Origin: Hypanus sabinus | Taxonomy: Eukaryota | DNA: 64,000 nt | Direction of reading: 5' to 3' | NCBI RefSeq assembly: GCF_030144855.1 | Contig: NC_082712.1 | Span: 89,590,001-89,654,000 of the forward strand | In this document: positions 58,896 through 64,000 of the stretch, piece after piece | Numbering within the stretch: position 1 is the first letter of the stretch | Layout of the letters: each line of letters starts with the position of its first letter | The notes under the pieces: generated by a model | The model's input: the letters and a program-made list of their open reading frames with translations, nothing else | Database searches by the model: none | Told to the model about the DNA's origin: nothing | Translations under genes and position numbers: made by a program

Positions 58896-59762
58896 ATAAA
58901 ATACAACAATAATAAATAATATTGAGAACATGGAGAGTGAATAGGTTGTGGAATCACTTTGGTGTTGAGGTGAGTGAAGTTATCTTTGTCGGTTCAGGAG
59001 CCAGATGGTCGTAGGGTAATAACTGTCCCTGACTTGGTGGCTTGGGGCACAAGGCTCCTGAATCTCCTTCCCGATGGCCACAGGGAACTGAAAGCAACAA
59101 GTTCCTCTGATTCACCATCCTTTAAATCATGTTCTTTGTTTGGTCTGTACGTACCTACTAGCAGATGATGCTGCTGCAAGTTAGTTTCTCAGGGTCGACA
59201 CTGCAGAGTAGTGGTTAGCACAATGCTCTACAGTACCAGTGACAACAGTTCGATTCCTGCTGTTGTCTGTTAGGAGTTTGTACATTCTCCCCGTGACTGC
59301 ACTGGCTGGCTGGTTAACCGGTCAGCGTAAATTGCCCCATAATTAGGCTAGGATTAACTCGGGGGAATTGCTGGCTTGAAATGCTGGAAGGGCCTATTCA
59401 TCACTGTATCCCAATGAATAAATAAATAAATTTGTACCTGCACCCGGTGTACAAGACAGTTACCTCTGTTTGACTGGGGAAATCCATGCCAATCATGTGA
59501 GGGGAAGAGCCAGTAAGAGGAGTGGCAGTGGAGTTGCCCTGGACATCGTGTGAGCTGCAGAAGGGAGCAAGCTGGGAGTCACGCAGAGGGAGCATAGATC
59601 TCTCTTTGGGAAGGGGATACATTGTGTGTGGAAGAGGGGACAGGGTGAACACAATGCCTCGGCTGAAGAGAAGATTCAGGTCTTGCCACTGGCCCGTGGA
59701 TCAGTGCATTGCCTAACCAAATGTGGTTGCTCTCCATGCGGACAGGAAACTCCACGACCTAC

Positions 59763-59937
59763 CCATGCTCCAGAGCCATGCGGACGAAGCCCTGCCTGTT
59801 CTTCAGCAAGACCCCGTGCTCGCCCGGCCGGCCAGCCATCGACTCTGCTGCGCCCCCCACCACGATCACCACCGCTTGGCCCACCCCGCTTTCTTCCAGG
59901 AGGTGTCTGAGGCTTGACTTGCTCACCGGGCATGCTC
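59763..59937 (-). CDS. MOGAT3: MOGAT3/DGAT2-type acyltransferase, third-last exon (175 nt); upstream exons outside the window
   Basis: cccag acceptor, gtaggt donor; GACPVSKSSLRHLLEESGVGQAVVIVVGGAAESMAGRPGEHGVLLKNRQGFVRMALEHG with GGAAE and RxGFxRxA motifs. I found no HPHG exon in 59940-64000. Confidence 0.9.
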
Positions 59938-62900
59938 CTGGGGGAATGGGGGTTGGAGGGGAGAGAACGTTACAACGTAAGAGGCCATCCGCTCCATCAA
60001 ATCTGCTCTGACATTTAATAAGATCATGGATGGACTCTACCAGCCTGCCTTTGATTACCCTATTGTGCAAATATTTAGCAAATTGTGCCTAAAATACTTT
60101 GTTGTTTCAAAAGGGACAGGGAAGGAAAAGGGGTGGCATTGTTAATCCGAGATAGCATCACGGCTGCAGAAAACATCAAGGAGGGAATTGCTTCCTGAGT
60201 CAGAGAGGGTGGAAGTCAGAAACAGGAAGGAGCATTCACTCTGTGAACTGTAGGCAACTGAGGAGTGTAAATGAACAAAGGGATCTGGGAATACAGGTCC
60301 ATAATTCATTGAAAGCGGCGTCACAGGTAGATGGGTTCAGAAATGAAACTTTTGGCACACTGACCCTAATAGATCAGTGTACTGAGTATAAGCATTGAGA
60401 CATTATATGACATTACTGAGGTCTAATTTGGAGTATTTGCATTTTAAATTTCTGACCTACAGGAAAGATGTAAACAAGGTTGAAGGGGTACACAGAAAAT
60501 TTATAAGGCTGCTGCTGGGTCTGGAGGACCTGAGTTATAAAGGAAGATTGAATGGGTTAGAACTTTATTCCCCAGAATGTAGAAGATTGAGGGGAAGATT
60601 TGAAAGAGGTATACAAAATTATGAGGTGTATAGACAAGGTTAATGCAAGCAGGCTTTTTCCACTGATGTTGGGTGGGACTACAACCAGAGCTCATGGGTT
60701 AAGGGGGAAAGGTGAAATATTTAAAGGAAACATGAGGGGACACTTCCTCACTGAGAGGGTGGTGAGAAGGTGTAACGAGGTGCCAACACTAACGGTGGAT
60801 ACAATTTCAATATATAAGAGTCTATCGGATAGGTACATGGATAGGGGTATGGTCCATGTGCAGGTCGGTGGTTTGGTGCAGGCTAGATGGGCCAAAGGGC
60901 CTGTTTCTATGCTATAGTTTTCTATAACTCTATAGACCCCAAAATAGCAATAAAGAGACTGAGAAACATCAGGAGGCAGTTTGGAAAGGGGCAAAATAGC
61001 AGGGTTTTTGTCATGGTGGACTTCAACTCGTCTAATATTGATTGGTGCTTCCTTAGTTCCAAAGGTTCAGATGAGGCAGAATTAGTTAGGTTTGTACAGG
61101 AAGGATATAGACTGGCCAACTAGAGAAGAGCCCGCAATGTCCCCGTGCTTGGCAGTGAACCAGGCCAGTGTCAGAGCTCCTGATGGGTTAGCAGATACAA
61201 TAGTTCAATAGGTACATAGGCACATGGATGAAAGATAAATGAAGGGCTATGTACGAGGAAAGGGTTAGATTGTTCTTAGAGAAGATTAAAAGTTCGGCAC
61301 AACATTGTGAGCCAAAGGGCATATCATCATCATCATCATCATTAAGATATGGGTGATCATCGTCCCCTGACTATCATTGATATAGGCATTTTTTTTCTAC
61401 AGAAGTGGTTTGCCATTGCCTTCTCCTGGGCAGTGTCTTTACAAGACGGGTGACCCCAGCCATTATCAATACTCTTCAGAGATTATCTGCCTGACGTCAC
61501 TGGTCTGATAACCAGGACTTGTGATCTGCACCGGCTGCTCGTACGACCATCCACCGCCTGCTCCCATGGCTTCATATGACCCTGATTGCAGAGGGGAGGC
61601 TAAGCAAGTGCTACACCTTGCCCAAGGGTGACCTGCAGGCTAGTGGAGGGAAGGAGTGTCTTACACCTCCTTTAATAGAGACGTATCTCCACCCCGCCAG
61701 TATAGGCCTATACTATGCTGTTTCTGTCATATTGTTCCACATTTAATTGAACTGCTTACAACAAATATATTTCCCTGAGCAGAAAATTCCACAGGTTTGT
61801 GAAAAGCAGCTCCTCCTCATCCCCATCCTAAATCTACTCCCCTGAACCTTGAGGCTATATTCCTTAATTGTAGTCTCATTTACCAGTGGAAACCACTTTC
61901 CTGTCTCAACCTTATCTGTCTCTTCCCTGATTTTATATGTTTCTATAAGGTCCCCCCTCATTCTTCTGAGGGAAGAAAGGGGAGACAATCCAACGCCACA
62001 CTGTGGGTCCACCATCTGGGCAATGGCCTCATCACGCAGGAGCTCCTGAATTCCCACACCACCAGGCTCAGAGACAGCTACTTCCCCTTCAACCATCTGG
62101 CGTCACAGATAGGGATCATTTAAAATTTTTTTCAGTTAGTAAGTGGTTTGTATTTTCTCAATGTCACCTCTTGGGTCTGTGTTGTCTTTGGATTGTTTAT
62201 CTGTTATATCTTAATTGTTTGTCTTTGTGTTGCAGGTGTCTCATTTGTTATTGTGGGGATTGTTAACCTCTTTGAATTTATCACTTGTTTTCAATTTGGG
62301 ATAATTTAATTAACACATTATTGTCTGTGTCCAAAATTCTTACACGAGTATTATCCCTCTTTATTGGGTCATTGTGATTCCTTGTTCTTCTGTGTATCAT
62401 CAGTGATGTCTGTTCAGGATTCTGTATAGCTTGACTGAGCTGTTGTTAGTTTTTCTAGTTAATTTATGTACTAAATCTTTAGTCTGGTTTGAATTGGCGA
62501 AGTCTCTGTGACTCCTGCGCTTGAGTTTGCCACTGATCCTCACATCTGGCTTTTGAACTGACCTCACGATCTTGATCATTACGTCAGCAATGGACACTAT
62601 GGTCTATCTACAGAGTGTGTGACTCAGCATAGGATCAAGGGCACTTAAAAATTCACTGTTATCCTGGTCCAATCACATAGGCACCATGGCCAAAACACTC
62701 AGTAGTGTCTCTACGCCCTCAGGAAGTTAAGAAAATTTGGCATGCTTCTGTTGGCCCTCTCGAATATTTATTGACACGCTGTAGGAAGCATCCTATCTGC
62801 ATGCATCACAGTTTGGTATGGCAACCGCTCACTAAAAACTGCCGAGATGTCAACACAACTCAGCACATTACAGAAACAAACATCACCTATAGATTCTGTC

Positions 62901-64000
62901 TACATTTCCGGCTTCCTTGGGAAACTAGATAACATCTTCAAGGCCCCCTTCCAGCCCTGTCTTTTTCTATTCTCCCCCATCCCCAATCAACAAAAGATGC
63001 AATCAGTGACCACTTTATTAGGTACCTGCTCTACTGAGTGCAGATTTGTGATCTTCTGCTACTGTAGCCTATCTACTTCAAGGTTCAACATGATGTGCGT
63101 TCAGAGATGCTCTTCTGCACACCACTGTTGCAAAGTGTGGTTATTTGAGTTACTGTCACGTTTCTGTCAGATTGAACCAGTCTGGCCATTCTCCCCTGAT
63201 TCCACAAAGCGATTTTGCCCATGGAACTGCTGCTCACTGGATGATTTTATTTAGATCACAAATTTGAGGGACTCTTGTGCGTGAAAATCCCAGGAGATCA
63301 GCACTTCCTGAGATACCCCAATTGCCCTGTCTGGTACCAACAATCATTCCACGCTCAAAGTCACTTAGATCACATTTCTTCCCCATTCAGATGTTTGGTC
63401 TGAACAACAACTGAACCTCTTGACCAGTTCTGCATGCTTTTAAGTTGCTGCCACATTAGATACTTGCATTAAAGAATGTGTGTACAGTTCAAAAATTCAA
63501 AACACATTTGTTATCAAAGTATGTATGCAGTCTACCACTCCGAGATTTGCCTTCCTACAGACAAATATGAAACAAAGAAAACCATGGAACCTGATTGAAG
63601 AAAAATATCAACTGGCTCCTCCAACACGCCAAAAAAAAACAGATCACGCAAGCAGTGAAAAAGAAAAAAGTGAGTGAAAAGCACAGAATATAAAACATAA
63701 AATCAAATAAGTCCAGGCATATTCTGGTCAACTCAATTCAGGTCAATATAGCTTTGTGTCATTCATCATCTGCCGACCACCCCAATCAAAATTACCCAAA
63801 ATAGCAAAATAGTTTAACCTAATATGTGTACAAAGGCTTGAAAGAACATACAGCCAGGCTCTGGGACAGCTTACATGCTCTTGATATATACAAGAATACT
63901 GAAGGACCTCTTAGTACTGTAAGATGCACTCTCACCCTCACAGTCTACCTGGTTATTGGCCCTTGCACTTTCTCTGTAACACTTTATTCTGCATTCTGCT

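Noticed and set aside
50100-59937. Calling the - gene DGAT2 proper
   Set aside because: Too diverged from the normally well-conserved DGAT2 and carries MOGAT3-type motifs; a phylogeny is needed to settle it.

Overview
Repeat-rich vertebrate genomic DNA, most likely a cartilaginous fish (elasmobranch-type V-SINEs, CR1 fragments, a 52-bp minisatellite), with two short N gaps. Three intron-containing genes can be rebuilt by hand. (1) Complete TM4SF5 on + (5 coding exons, 498-18056, 200 aa). (2) Complete MOGAT1/2-type DGAT2-family acyltransferase on + (6 exons, 25713-47126, 335 aa, HPHG intact, one GC-AG intron). (3) The last three exons of a convergent MOGAT3/DGAT2-type acyltransferase on - (59937-50100); its 5' exons lie beyond the window. 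Upstream of gene 2 are two inverted dead copies of its exon 2 with flanking intron, remnants of further paralogs. Gene 2 carries three minisatellites directly behind exons: a stop-poor 34/22-bp array, a G-quadruplex/AGCT array resembling an Ig switch region behind the GC donor, and a 52-bp array past the polyA signal. These arrays explain all the very long ORFs. The rest is nested transposon debris: CR1, Rex1/Babar, L1, RTE-derived elements, Penelope-like ends with decayed minimal hammerhead ribozymes, a Dong/R4-type element in a (TAA)n tract, a Chapaev3-like relic, Tc1/hAT MITEs and a solo LTR. I see no clear wholly new system; the best leads are the acyltransferase cluster with its relics, the GC intron plus G4 array, and the hammerhead relics. 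Family assignments are from recalled motifs, not database searches, and repeat boundaries are approximate.
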